64,000 bases of DNA from Hypanus sabinus (lineage: Eukaryota). Location: assembly GCF_030144855.1 (NCBI RefSeq), contig NC_082723.1, positions 25,916,001-25,980,000 of the forward strand, written 5' to 3'. Numbering within the stretch: the stretch's first letter is position 1; every line of letters starts with the position of its first letter. Shown here piece by piece: positions 52,734 through 64,000 of this stretch. A program made the translations under genes and the position numbers. The notes under the pieces are model-generated. The model searched no databases, was not told the origin of the DNA, and was given only the letters and a program-made list of their open reading frames with translations.

Positions 52734-55059
52734 GTGGTCTAAAGGGCTGCCTTTTTCTTGTTTTTAATGCTATCAGATACTGAGAAGCTGATTTATGTGC
52801 TCTGGTAATTAAAAATTTGTACATTAATTGTGTATTGATCAGTTTTCAAATTTCATTGTATTTTAATATAGTAATATGGTAACTATGACTCGTAGGTTAA
52901 AATATTGGAAATAAACTGCTTTATTAAGGAATGTTCATCACTTTTTCTGAATTTTAATTAGTAAATGTGATCTTAAAATTTTGGGAGCGTGATATTATTA
53001 CTGAAGAGTAATTTCTATGCTGAAGCATGAAGCCTGGTACTTAGACAATTTAATGTGCAAATTCAGTAGTGCAAGTTATTTGATACTGTTTTTAGAACAT
53101 TTATATTTAGATTCTTTAATATGTTATCTGGTGTTAATATCTGAATATTTTAAGCTTCATAACTGACTAATTTATCAACAGTATTGAAGTAATTAACAAA
53201 TCTAATTTGTCTTGAGTTTGTAAATCTTTATTAGTCGTCAGGCAATCTTGAGGTTTTTGATTTTTGTTAAAGTCCATCAATCATCTACTGAGCCTTTTAT
53301 ATTTGAGGGGGGGGCGGGACGTGGGGATATCTTCATAGGCATCGAATCTCAGTGTGCCATTATATGGTTGTGATGTTTGAGTTCTGGCAATCTTCTCTGC
53401 TGAGCAAAAACTCACCTTCCCACACACAGTTTCCTCTTTTTTGTGTAGAAAAGTTGAATATTTGATAGAATTGAGACATCTTGTGCATTTTCTCCATTGC
53501 CCTCCAACATGCTGGAAGCTTGGTTGTATGGTGGTACTTCTGTAGCCATGTAGTTATAGAATTAGTCCTAATCCAGGCTATCATAAAGGCTGACTGTTTC
53601 AGTGCACTGTTGTGAGAGAATATCACTGGCCACCCAGCCTGGCAAATGACATCAGCAGGTGTCTTTTGTTTTTTTTGTAGATGTCAATGACTGTCTTAGA
53701 AAGTTGTGATGCAGACAGAGCGTGATCAAGTGCAGTCGAGGTCTTCCTCACCATAGATTAATTTGATATACCTGGCTCAAGAATGACTGCTGAGCTGCAA
53801 TGTTGAAGAGCAATGTGAATCATAACCCAACGGGTAGGAAAGAAATTTAGGGTGGGGAGACTTATTAGAAAATGAATTTGTGGACACATAAAGCTCAACA
53901 TTCTAAAGATTCTCTTACTTTGACTGTAGTATTTTCAACCAATTTGCAACTTTAAAAAAAAACTTACTAGTCTAGTCATGTATATGGATAATAAGACAGA
54001 TTTGGTTTTTTTTAATTGCTGGACTATAATTTTAAGGTAATGTGAAATTGGTTGTGTAAACGTGCTAATTATGCATTGTATTTAATTTGCATAGGGTTTG
54101 AAGAAATGTACTTAACGTTAAATTTTAATTGTAAGTATCCATAATTTGTATTGTGGTAAGACATAATATTTCTTCAAAATAGTCATATAATTTATCATAG
54201 GAAATCAGTTTCTTTATTGTGAAAAGTATAGACTAATACTGGTGTTTTTAAATTTAGTCATTACATGATGTGAAGATGAGTGGTATTAATGGTATTCTGT
54301 TACTGCTAACAGGATTACTAACTCAAATTATTGTCATTGAACCATATATATGTATACAGCTAAATGAAAGATTGTTCCTTGGGGTCAAGATGCAGAACAC
54401 AGTACATAGTCAGAAAATAATAGCACAAGTCCCTTTTTCTGAAAGGTATAGTTGCAGGGAGAATTAGAGCTATTGTATTGAATCCCTAATATTTCATCCA
54501 ATATCTATTGAAAAAAGTTCTCCCAGTCATTATTAATACTTGTAACTTTTCCAAAAGTTTATCTTCTAAATTGATGTGTATTCCATCCTCTTTTAATTAA
54601 AGTCCCATCCCTTGTAACAATGTAATTTGCAGAATAGAATTTAATCTAAGTTCATCCTTTTTTTTTCACATCTAACAATGTTGATATCTTGTTGTTATGG
54701 CATAATGCAAGTCAACTGGTCTCTGCAGTCTGTTCAGCAATTAGTGATTGAGGCCAAGACTGGATCTGCATGATTACCTCCCATACTCTTGCTCCCTTGT
54801 AGCTCTGCTGTCTTTCTGTCTTCAATATATCAATGACTCTGTCTTTATAGCTCTCTGGGATAGAGGATTCCAGACTCATGACCTTTTGAAGTTCATGGAA
54901 CATAGAACAGCACAGTACAGGAACAATCCCTTCAGCACACAATATCTGTACCAGCCATGTAGCCCAAAACTAATCCTGTTTGCTTGTACATGATCTGCAC
55001 CTTCATGTGCCAGTCTGCTTGTTCCCTTTGCTCAACTGTCACCAGAGGACACGTTCTTT

Positions 55060-55442
55060 CTATTGCCCACTCTGTTTCTTTCTCTCCCCCACCTTACTCA
55101 TCTCACCTACCAATCACCATCCCCTGTGCCCTTCCTCCTCTTTATCCACTCTCCTCTTCTATCATGTTCCTTCTTCAGCCCTTTACCTTTTCTACCTATC
55201 TTCTCCCTGCTTTTTACTTCATCCCCACCTCGCCCACTTGGCTTCACCTATCATGTTCCAGCTTGTACTTCTTAATCCCCCCTCCCTTTCTCTGGCATCT
55301 TTCCCCCCCTTCATTTCCAATCTTAATGAAGGGTCTTGGTCCGAAATGGCAACTGTTTATTCATTTCCATAGATGCTACCTGACCTGAGTTCCTCCAGCA
55401 TTTTGTTCTGGATTTTCAGCATCTGCAAAATCTCTTGTGTTT
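55060..55442 (+). mobile_element. Penelope-like 3' tract and terminal unit
   Basis: Pyrimidine tract, then CTTAATGAAGGGTCTTGGTCCGAAATGGC and CATAGATGCTACCTGACC. Confidence 0.7.
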
Positions 55443-58269
55443 CTGATGTTCTTTCTGCATTCACCCTGTCTTTCCTTTTCATTATATGTGTCAATGGTAT
55501 AGCTTTCTATAACATAGGAAAGCTGTATGTAATTTCATTAACCCTTTAAGGTTGCATTAAAATTTCCATGTTGTTCTGGTCTATGGCCCCTGTAATAAAG
55601 GACAACATTCCCAATTACTTGTACATTAATATTTTGTGTTTCATGTACCAGGATGCCCAAATCCCTTTGTATCACATCCTTAAATAGTAATTGGCTTTTT
55701 ATTATTTATTTCAAACTGAATATCCTCACTATTCCCTCATTACTTGCCATCTGCTGATGTCTTGCTTACAACTTATTTCTATCTCTTTAAAGGTACTTTT
55801 GTGCCCTCATTTCAATTAGCTAAAATTGCCCATCTTTGTACACTGAGCAAACCTGGCTTTAGTTCACTAACGCTGATCTCTCTAGTTCAGTTTTGGAAAA
55901 TTGCTCATTATTTTCCCTTTCTCTTTTTATGAGAGAAACTATTAAAATAAACCCCTAAACCATACATGCTCTTATCTTATTTAGTTTATTGGGCACTTAT
56001 TGCACTCCTCTTGAAATTCAAGTAAACTAAAGTTCAAAGTATGTATATGAAATACAACCTTTGAGATTCAATGGCACAATTACAATCCATCTTTTATTTA
56101 AAAAAAAATCTCACATCAGAGATTCAATATGTGTTGGGGGGGGAGGGGGAAAGCATGCAAATAATTCTAAAAGTAACCCAGTTCCTGAAAATGAGTCCAC
56201 AGCCACTGAGTCAGTTCAGTCAAACTTTCATATACTCCATAACATTGCCATGTACTCTGATACTCTATTTTCTCCATCTTTATTTTGTCATTCCTTGCTT
56301 ATGGCTTACAATTTGCCAACCCTCTAGCCTACCACTGATTTTCACAACATAATCACATTACACAATACCAAATCTAAAATAGTTTGCTTCCTGATAGTTT
56401 TCTGGAGAAAATTACTGAGAAATCATTCTAAATGAACTCTATGAACACCTTCTGCTCATCTGATTAGTCCAATCCGTATGTTCATTAAAGCTGTGCATGG
56501 TTATTACAGTAACTTTCTTTGGAGCCCCTATTATTTTCTTTGGTTCTGTGGAATAGCTACTGTTAGGAGACTATTAATTCCACTGACTTCATATCTCTTC
56601 ATTGCATAGAAGGGGGCCTTTTGGTCAAACAAATCTATTCCTACCTCCGAGCAGTCCTCCATATCCCTGCAATTAATTTCCCATGTCTGATAATCCCCAA
56701 TGCACAAGTCACCCAGATGTGGTCTGACCAACATGTCATGTCATCAGAATATTCCTCAATGACCTGCAAATCCTTTGCCAAATGCCTACCACTTCCTTTC
56801 TTAAGGCACTGATTCATTTTGTTCCTAACCTAACTGACATTAAAAGTTCTTCCATTTTAAAGTTAACTAATCCAAAAGCAGCAATCGTAGCTGTAACAAG
56901 TAACCTTCCTTTGTGACCCACACAAACTGGAAGTTTGGAGCCATGACATACAGCTTTACATTACTAGACTTTAATACTCTGTTGCAAAGCTCAATAAATC
57001 TCACCAACTTCACACCTTGTCTTATTTTCCCCAGGTGAAACAAAAGCCAAAACCTTCCTCTAATTTAAATAATTTATGTGCTGAAAGTAGATTCAAATAC
57101 CACAGTCTGCCTGCTCCAGTATCCCAGAACTCTACTGCATAAGAGCACTTCCTTTTGGCGTATGAGGGAATCACACCTGTTCATGTTAGTCTAGCCAGCC
57201 GGAAGTCCATACCCCTTGCCTTCAAGCTTGGATATACCTCAATCTTCCATTATTCCACTATTCTGTTTATCTAGGCAAATGTAATAAAAGTTAATATATA
57301 ATAATACTATAATCATTCTTTTGTTAGTTTTATGTTTTAATACCATGTATCTTTATAATGAAAATTCCACTGATCACTTCATAAATTCATTTTGGAAAAG
57401 AAATTTGTCTTAGTTTGCTTCGGGGTACAGTTAATAGGGAGTGGAAAATTTGTATCTATTATGGCCTTAAAGGGATCCAGAGATGTTTGTACATTCCCAG
57501 GTACAGAATATAATTCCACCCACACAGACTAAAGCCGCATGTAATAGAACTTCGTCCTTCATAATCCACTGTACCCCTGGCTAACATTGTGTGAGTGGCA
57601 CTTGGTGTGTGCTTATTGTATGATAATCAAACAAAAGGTCTCCATTACTATTGGAGTTGCAGATCATGTATGGGGAACAGATAAGCTAATTTACATGCAT
57701 GCTTCATCAAAACTAAATCAAATTTTCTTGAGGCTGAGAGTAAAAATTTGTTTCACTTCAAAATCTATATATTGTAACAGTCCTATTATCTCAATTAAAC
57801 CAGAGAATAAATGTGCAATTTAGTTTTAATGTGTTAAGTGTTACATAACATTAATTGTTGCCTTTTACACGTCTTCCAAGCAAGACATCTGTAGCCACAT
57901 TTACTGGTTCATTTAATATAGCAACAAGAATTTTATTACATGTTGAGCTTTCTCACAAAACTAAATCCTTTTAACAAATACTACCTGATCATATTGAGGA
58001 TCTGGTTCTACTTTGAACTGAAAATTGTAATCTTGTCTGTCACAAGTCTTAAGTTTGGTTGCTAATCATGCTCTCCTATCCACTTAGAAAGATGGTAGGC
58101 ATATTTTTGGATTATTATTTTGGAAATAAAATATCAACACTTCTTACAGCCTAGATATTTGCTGAAGAGAAAATGCTGCTTCAAGTATCTTGTTAATAAA
58201 ACACTTGCTTGGCATAATGTTTGTTTATTTTCTAAAATTTTTCAATTGACCTTTTGATCAAATGTGAGA

Positions 58270-59190
58270 TCATTAATCCATGTCAGATAAGGTTCAGTTG
58301 GTAGCACTCTCTCTGTGGGGTTCAGAATGCTGAGTTCAGAATGTTATGAGATAAGCTCCCATTCCAGAGATGTATACAAATGCTTGGCTGACATCTTAGC
58401 TCAGCAGATGTAGTGTTGTACAATTGAAACTGTCATCTTTTGGGTGGGACTTTAAACCAAAAGCCTGAGTGTTCTCACAGACAGATACAGCACCACAAGG
58501 TGGAGTTATTCTCAGCATTTTGGCCAGCATTCGCCTCCCTTAAACGTTAATAGAAGGATGTGCTGGTATTGGAGAGAGTCCACAGGAGTGTCACAAGAAT
58601 GATCAAGGAAGGAAAGAGTTAACATATGAGGAGTGTTTGATGGTTCTGGGCCTGTTCATGCTGGAGTTCAGAAGAGTGATAGGGGATCTCATTGGAAAAC
58701 TTTAAATTATTGGAAGATATTTAATATAGAGTGGACATGGGGATGTTTCCTATAGTGCTGGAGTCTAGGACCAGAGGGCACAGCCTCTGAATACAAGGAC
58801 ATCCTTTAGATCAGAGATGTGGAATTTGCTTAGCCAGAGGGTGGTAATGTTGTGGAATTCATTGCCACAGATAGCTATGGAGATCAAGTGTGTGGGTATA
58901 TTTAAAGTGGAGCTTGATAGGTTGTTGATTAGTAAGGGTGTGGAAGGCTATGAGGAAAATGGGGGTTGAGGGGGATAATAAATCAGCCATAATGGAATGG
59001 CAGCTGAATCAATAGGCTGAATAGCCAAATTTTGTTCATGTCTTAAGGACCACACAATCTATTTTAGTAGTGCTTGTGAGAGCCATTTGTACAAAAAAAA
59101 AGGATGGTGTACAATTTACAATGATTCAATTCAGATGTACTTTTTCTGAAATTCCTTTGGGATAGAAGAAACTATAAAGAAGAAAACCTT
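58270..59190 (+). mobile_element. Old Deu-domain SINE (SacSINE1/AmnSINE1-like) split by a CR1 insertion
   Basis: CAGTTGGTAGCACTCT head; TGTCATCTTTTGGGTGGGACTTTAAACC..TTTGGCCAGCATT resembles the Deu-domain as recalled. Confidence 0.5.
58545..59050 (+). mobile_element. CR1 3' fragment
   Basis: LERVHRSVTRMI..ESRTRGHSL..WNSLPQ. Confidence 0.8.
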
Positions 59191-60369
59191 TTAAGGCTTT
59201 TTTATAACATCCATTGGCCTTGAAATGGTATATTACTGTCAGGTTTACTACATGACGTGAAATTTGTTTTACAGCAACAGGACAGAGTAAAGACATAAAG
59301 TTCTATAAATTAAAGAATAAATAGAGTGCAAAAGAAGGAATAATGAGGTGGTGTTCATGGTTTCATAGATCATTTGAAAATCTGATGGGAAAAGAGAAGT
59401 TGTTCCTGGATTGTTCAGTGTGGATTAAGGCTTTTGCACCTCCTCCCTAATAGTGATGAGAAGAAGATTGTGATCCTGAGCAGAATGATAGCATTTAAAA
59501 GGTAAGCTTGGTACTCAAATAAAAGGTATTGTAAAAATCCTGACGTGGTATCAGAGAAATATGACATCTCTTTGTCATGGCCTAGAATGATCAGAGGTTG
59601 GATATTTAACATGAAAATTCTATTGAGTATTGAGTTCTGGTTCCAGCTTCTTGAATTGCCTTTAGAAATGCTTCCCAACATGTGGGTCATTTTTGGATTT
59701 GATTACTCTCCTTGGAACACATGATGACATCAGCAAGTACATACAATTACATTAGTTACAAAAATAAAATGCAACTTCATAATTAATTGAGCTCAATTTT
59801 AAACAGCATGCATTATCCACACTAAGAAGGCCCCCCAATAACTGGGGGAGAAAGAAATCTTCATGAGACATCTTCTGTGGTGTTTTAATGTCTTGGTGTC
59901 GCACAGCACAGAAACAGGCCCATTAGTGTCTATGCTGACTGTGAAATACTAATCTCTACTAATCCCATTCACCAGCACTTTGATCTGTAACTACCATAAC
60001 TTGCATGTTTTTAATATATAGGTGGGATAAGCAGTATGGTTGAAGGTTACTGCTGTCATTGTGATAAGAACAATAATGAGGAAATACCATTTTCACTCTA
60101 ATATTGGCACTTAAGACTCAGTTGAGTTGAGATCACAATCCTGTAAGTGCAGAGTTGCCCATCCAGATCTGTAAGTTAATTTCCTCTGTAAATGGAACTT
60201 GGTTAGCCTCCATTATGAAAATATTTTCTCCATGGCATAAAAAGGTTGGGAGCCCCTGCTTTGGAGTAAGTATTAATACATAATGCTGTATTAGTATTTA
60301 ACCAGTAGGTTGTAGGATTGTCAGATTTGACTAGAGTTTGAACTAAATTTGATAGTTAAACAACATTAT

Positions 60370-60900
60370 TCGGTGAGCAGTTTTGGGCCCCTTATCTCAG
60401 AAAAGATGTGCTGACATTGGAGAGGATAAAGAGGAGCTTTGTGAGAGTGATTCTGGGAATGAAAAGCTTAACATATGAGAAGCATTTGACGCCTCTGGGG
60501 CTGTACTCACTGGAGTTTAGAAGAATGGGGGGAGGATCTCATTGGAATTTATCAAATATTGAAAGGCCTAGACAGAGTAGGTGTGGAGAGGGTGTTTCCA
60601 ATAGTACAGGGTCTAAGACCAAAGAGCTCATCTACTGAATAAGATGAGGAAAAATTTCTTTACAGAGGGTGGTGAATCTGTGGCATTCCTTGCCTCAGAT
60701 GCCTGTGGAGGCAAGTCATTGGATATATTTAAAGCAGAGGTTGATATGTTCCTGATTAGTAAGGGTGTCAAAGGTTTCAGGGAGAAGGCAAGAGACTAGG
60801 GTTGAGAGGGAAAATAAATTAGCCATGATGGAATGGAGGTACAGACTTGATGGGCCAAATGGCCTAATTGTGCTCCTATGTTCTTTGTTTTTGTGGTCAT
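60370..60900 (+). mobile_element. CR1 3' fragment
   Basis: QFWAPYLRKDVLTLERIKRSFVRVI..LGLYSLEFRRM. Confidence 0.85.
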
Positions 60901-60929
60901 AAGATAACTCAGGTAACACATTAATGCAC

Positions 60930-61445
60930 TCATGAAGAAGACTTGCCAGCAGCTATACTTCTTTAGGAGATTTGGTATGTCAGCAAATACTCTAGCAAGT
61001 GTCTATCGATGTGCAATGGAGAGCATTCTAGCTGGCTGCATCGCCACCTGGTAAGGAAGCTCCGCTGCACAGGATTGAAAGAGACTTCCAGACTCTAAAC
61101 TTTCCCCTCGGTGGATTTCTTTACAAGGCAGTGCTCGAATAAGGTGACATCCACCAATGGACACTCACAACCCAGGACATGCTTCTCAATACTCCCATCA
61201 GGGAGGAGGAATAGAAGACTGAAGACTCACACTCAACACTTCAGGAACAGCTTCTTCCCCACTGCCGTCAGATTTCTGAATGGCCCATGAAACCACAAAC
61301 ACCAACTCATTATTTGTCTTTCACACTATTTATTTATTTATTCATTCATTCATTATCTTAACACATAGTAATTTAAAAAAAGTCTTGCACTGAGTGGCTG
61401 CCAAAAAAAATTCACAACATATGTCAGTGATAATAAACCTGATAC
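60930..61445 (+). mobile_element. Rex1/Babar 3' fragment
   Basis: YRCAMESILAGCIATW; PSGRRNRRLKTHTQHFRNSFFP. Confidence 0.75.
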
Positions 61446-61844
61446 TGTTTCTGAGAAAATCGTTTTTCAGTGACCTATTCTACAGTCATATACTGAAAAG
61501 GGGAATGAATAATTGAGCTATATTGCAAAAGTTAAAAGCTGAAACAATGTAATTTGTGTTTTGCTATCAACTTGATCATTAAGAAATGTTTTAATAGCAT
61601 TAATGATAATTATAGCACTATAGATTCAATGGATAAGGAGCAATACTGCACACTACCTACCAATTATCCAAAATACAAGGATATAGAAATATGTGAACCT
61701 CTAAATATGAATGAATACATCAAGATTTTGCTCTATATATTATCTTCATTGTATTTATAATGTCATGTCATACAAAAGTTTTACTTGGCCACAAAAGCAA
61801 CCCGGCTTTCCTAAGTATTGCAAACCTGAGAACAATTAACCAAA

Positions 61845-61980
61845 CACGAGGAAATCTGCAGATGCTGGAAATTCAAACAACAGCACACACAAAATGGTGG
61901 TAGAACACAGCAGGCCAGGCAGCATCTATAGGGAGAAGTGCTGTCGACATTTCGGGCCGAGACCCTTCATCAAGACAACT
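61845..61980 (-). mobile_element. Short hammerhead-bearing Penelope-terminal unit with perfect 14-bp TSD
   Basis: AACAATTAACCAAA at 61831-61844 and 61981-61994. Confidence 0.85.
61940..61979 (-). ncRNA. Minimal type-I hammerhead ribozyme motif (two core substitutions, likely inactive copy)
   Basis: GTTGTC-TTGATGA-A-GGGTC-TC-GGCCC-GAAATGTC-GACAGC compared with canonical CUGAUGA...GAAAC-GUC. Confidence 0.65.
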
Positions 61981-62289
61981 AACAATTAACCAAATCTTTG
62001 TTCTTAAAAGAACCAAAGTTGTTGCTGATGAAATTCTAAAATGGACAAATATTTATTCTGAAAAGTCATAATGTCCTACCAGTCCATCAAGTCAAGATGC
62101 CTTCTGAGATAGTTCTGTTGCCTGTGTGTTCCTATAAACCATTTCTGTCCATGTACCTGTCCAAATATAATTTAGAAGTTACCCACCTCCAGCGCTTCTT
62201 CCGGCAGCTCAGTTCATATACAAGTTTTCCAAGTGAAATCTTGCCTCTCAGGACTCCTTTAAATCTTTCTCCTTTCACCTTAAACTTAG

Positions 62290-62577
62290 TTTATTTATTT
62301 ATGAGATACAGCACAGAATAGGCCCTCTGGCCCTTTGAGCTACACCACCTAGCAACCCCTGATTTAACCCCTGTTCTAATCACAGGACAATTTACAATGA
62401 CCAATTAACCTACCAATCAGTACGTCTTCAGACTGTGGCAGGAAACCAGAGCACCCAAAGGAAATCCACGTTGTCACGGGAAGAACGTACAAACTCCTTA
62501 TGGATGGTAGCGGGAACTGAACCTGGGTCACTAGTACTGTACAGCGTTGTGCTAACCACTATGCTACGATGCCACCC
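62290..62577 (-). mobile_element. tRNA-derived V-SINE (tail type A) within CR1-like debris
   Basis: Minus strand GGGTGGCATCGTAGCATAGTGGTTAGC head, GGTTCAGTTCC B-box, V-domain. Confidence 0.8.
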
Positions 62578-63219
62578 TAGATAAGCTTAGACTCCCTAAC
62601 CCAGGGACAAAGACTGTGACAATCCATCTTATCTGTGCCCCTCATGATTTTGTAAACCACATCTTTATCTCCTCTGCAGGGAAAACAATCCCAGCCTACC
62701 TAGTCCCTCTTTACAACTCAAGCCTCCCATCTTGGCAATGTTCCTGTGGTTCGTTCCTGCACCCTCTCCAGTGTAACCACATCCTTCCTTTAGTGTGGTG
62801 ATCAGAACTGCACACAATATTCTATAGGTGCACTCTCACCAGTATGTGGTACAGCTGCAGTATGCCTTTACAATTCTTGTATTTATTTTGCCTTATCTTC
62901 AGAAACCGGATCTTAATATGTGCGTAATAAGAGAAGAAAACTTGCTTTTTTCATTAGGAATATTTGAGAAAGAGAAAATGTCATGTGCAACTGAGCCAAT
63001 GTTTTAATCTTACAACTTACCTGTACGTCTTTGGAATGTGGGAGGAAACCAGAGCATCCTGAGGAAACCACGTGGTCACAGGGAGGATGTGCAAACTCCT
63101 TACAGGCAGGAATTGAACCTCATTACTGCCACTATAAATATTGTTGATTGGTCAGGGCATGAAGAGATACAGGGAGAAGGCAGGATACTGGGACTGAGAG
63201 GGAGATTGGATCAGCCATA

Positions 63220-64000
63220 ATGAAATGGCTGAGCACTCAATGGGCCACATGGTGTTCATCTGTCAATCTGGATGAGTATGCTGCAGTTGTTACCGACTTC
63301 ATTAAAACCTGTGTTGATGAGTGTGTGCCTACAAAGACTTACTGTACATTCCCAAACCAAAAGCCATGGATGAACCAGGAGGTATGTCATCTGCAGAAGG
63401 CTAGATCTGTGGCATTCAAGTCTGGCAACCCAGGCCCGTACCAGAAAACCAGGTGTGATTTGTGGAGGGCTATTTCAAGGGCTAAGGGACAATTTCAAAT
63501 GAGGTTGGAGGTAATTTCGAATGAGGTTGGAGGTGATTTCAGATGCACAGCAACTCTGGCAGGGACAGCAAGACATAACTTCCTACAAAGCGAAACCTAA
63601 TAGTATGAATGGCAGTGCTGCTTCATTACCAGATGAACTCAATGCCTTCTATGCACACTTTGAAAGGGAGAACACAACTACAGCTGTGAAGATCCCTGCT
63701 GCACCTGATGACCCTGTGATCTCTCTCTCAGAGGCCAATGTTAGACTGTCTTTAAAGAGGGTGAACCCTCACAAAACAGAAGGTCCCGACAGAGTACCTG
63801 GTAAGGCTGTGAAAACCTGTGCCAACCAACTAGTGGGAGTATTCAAGGATGTTTTCAACCTCTCATTCCTATGCGTAGAAGTTCCCACTTGCTTCAAAAA
63901 GGCAACAACTATACCAGTGCCTAAGAATAATGTGAGCTGCCTTAATAACCATTTTATTAAGTTGCACTCACATTGACAGTGATGAAATGCGTTGAGAGGT
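63220..64000 (+). mobile_element. Rex1/Babar LINE ORF fragment (runs off the window)
   Basis: FPNQKPWMN; LPDELNAFYAHFE; KTEGPDRVPG..CANQL..VPTCFKKATTIPVPK; frameshifted by a 22-bp duplication. Confidence 0.88.

Noticed and set aside
54980-55388. 130-134-aa Leu/Ser/Pro-rich ORFs (also 34313-34701 and 46698-47005)
   Set aside because: Artefacts of the polypyrimidine tract of Penelope-like 3' ends.
54700-64000. SCAI exons here, or GAPVD1 exons in 1-17000
   Set aside because: No CpG island or recognisable coding exons; small exons could have been missed by eye.

Overview
Vertebrate nuclear DNA. The repeat landscape (CR1, Rex1/Babar, Penelope-like, V-SINE and Deu-SINE families) points to a cartilaginous fish, probably a ray; that taxon call is inference. 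Three intact intron-containing genes can be assembled by hand with canonical GT-AG junctions: HSPA5/BiP (+, CDS 18335-22660, 9 coding exons, 649 aa, KDEL), RABEPK (-, CDS 37969-25110, 7 coding exons, 375 aa) and PPP6C (+, CDS 41218-52596, 7 exons, 305 aa). Their order and orientation match the human HSPA5-RABEPK-PPP6C cluster, and RABEPK and PPP6C share a short bidirectional CpG-island promoter. Most remaining sequence is transposon debris. Most notable: (1) a dispersed family of short Penelope-derived units carrying a minimal type-I hammerhead ribozyme motif, several flanked by 13-15 bp target-site duplications and one inserted as a palindromic dimer; (2) an HSPA5 promoter with ERSE boxes in mammal-like spacing plus a perfect heat-shock element; (3) a multi-hairpin structured-RNA candidate in an HSPA5 intron; (4) two HSPA5 introns not recalled in the human gene; (5) a four-element nested transposon stack in a RABEPK intron. 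Comparisons to human sequences and repeat families are from memory; no searches were run.
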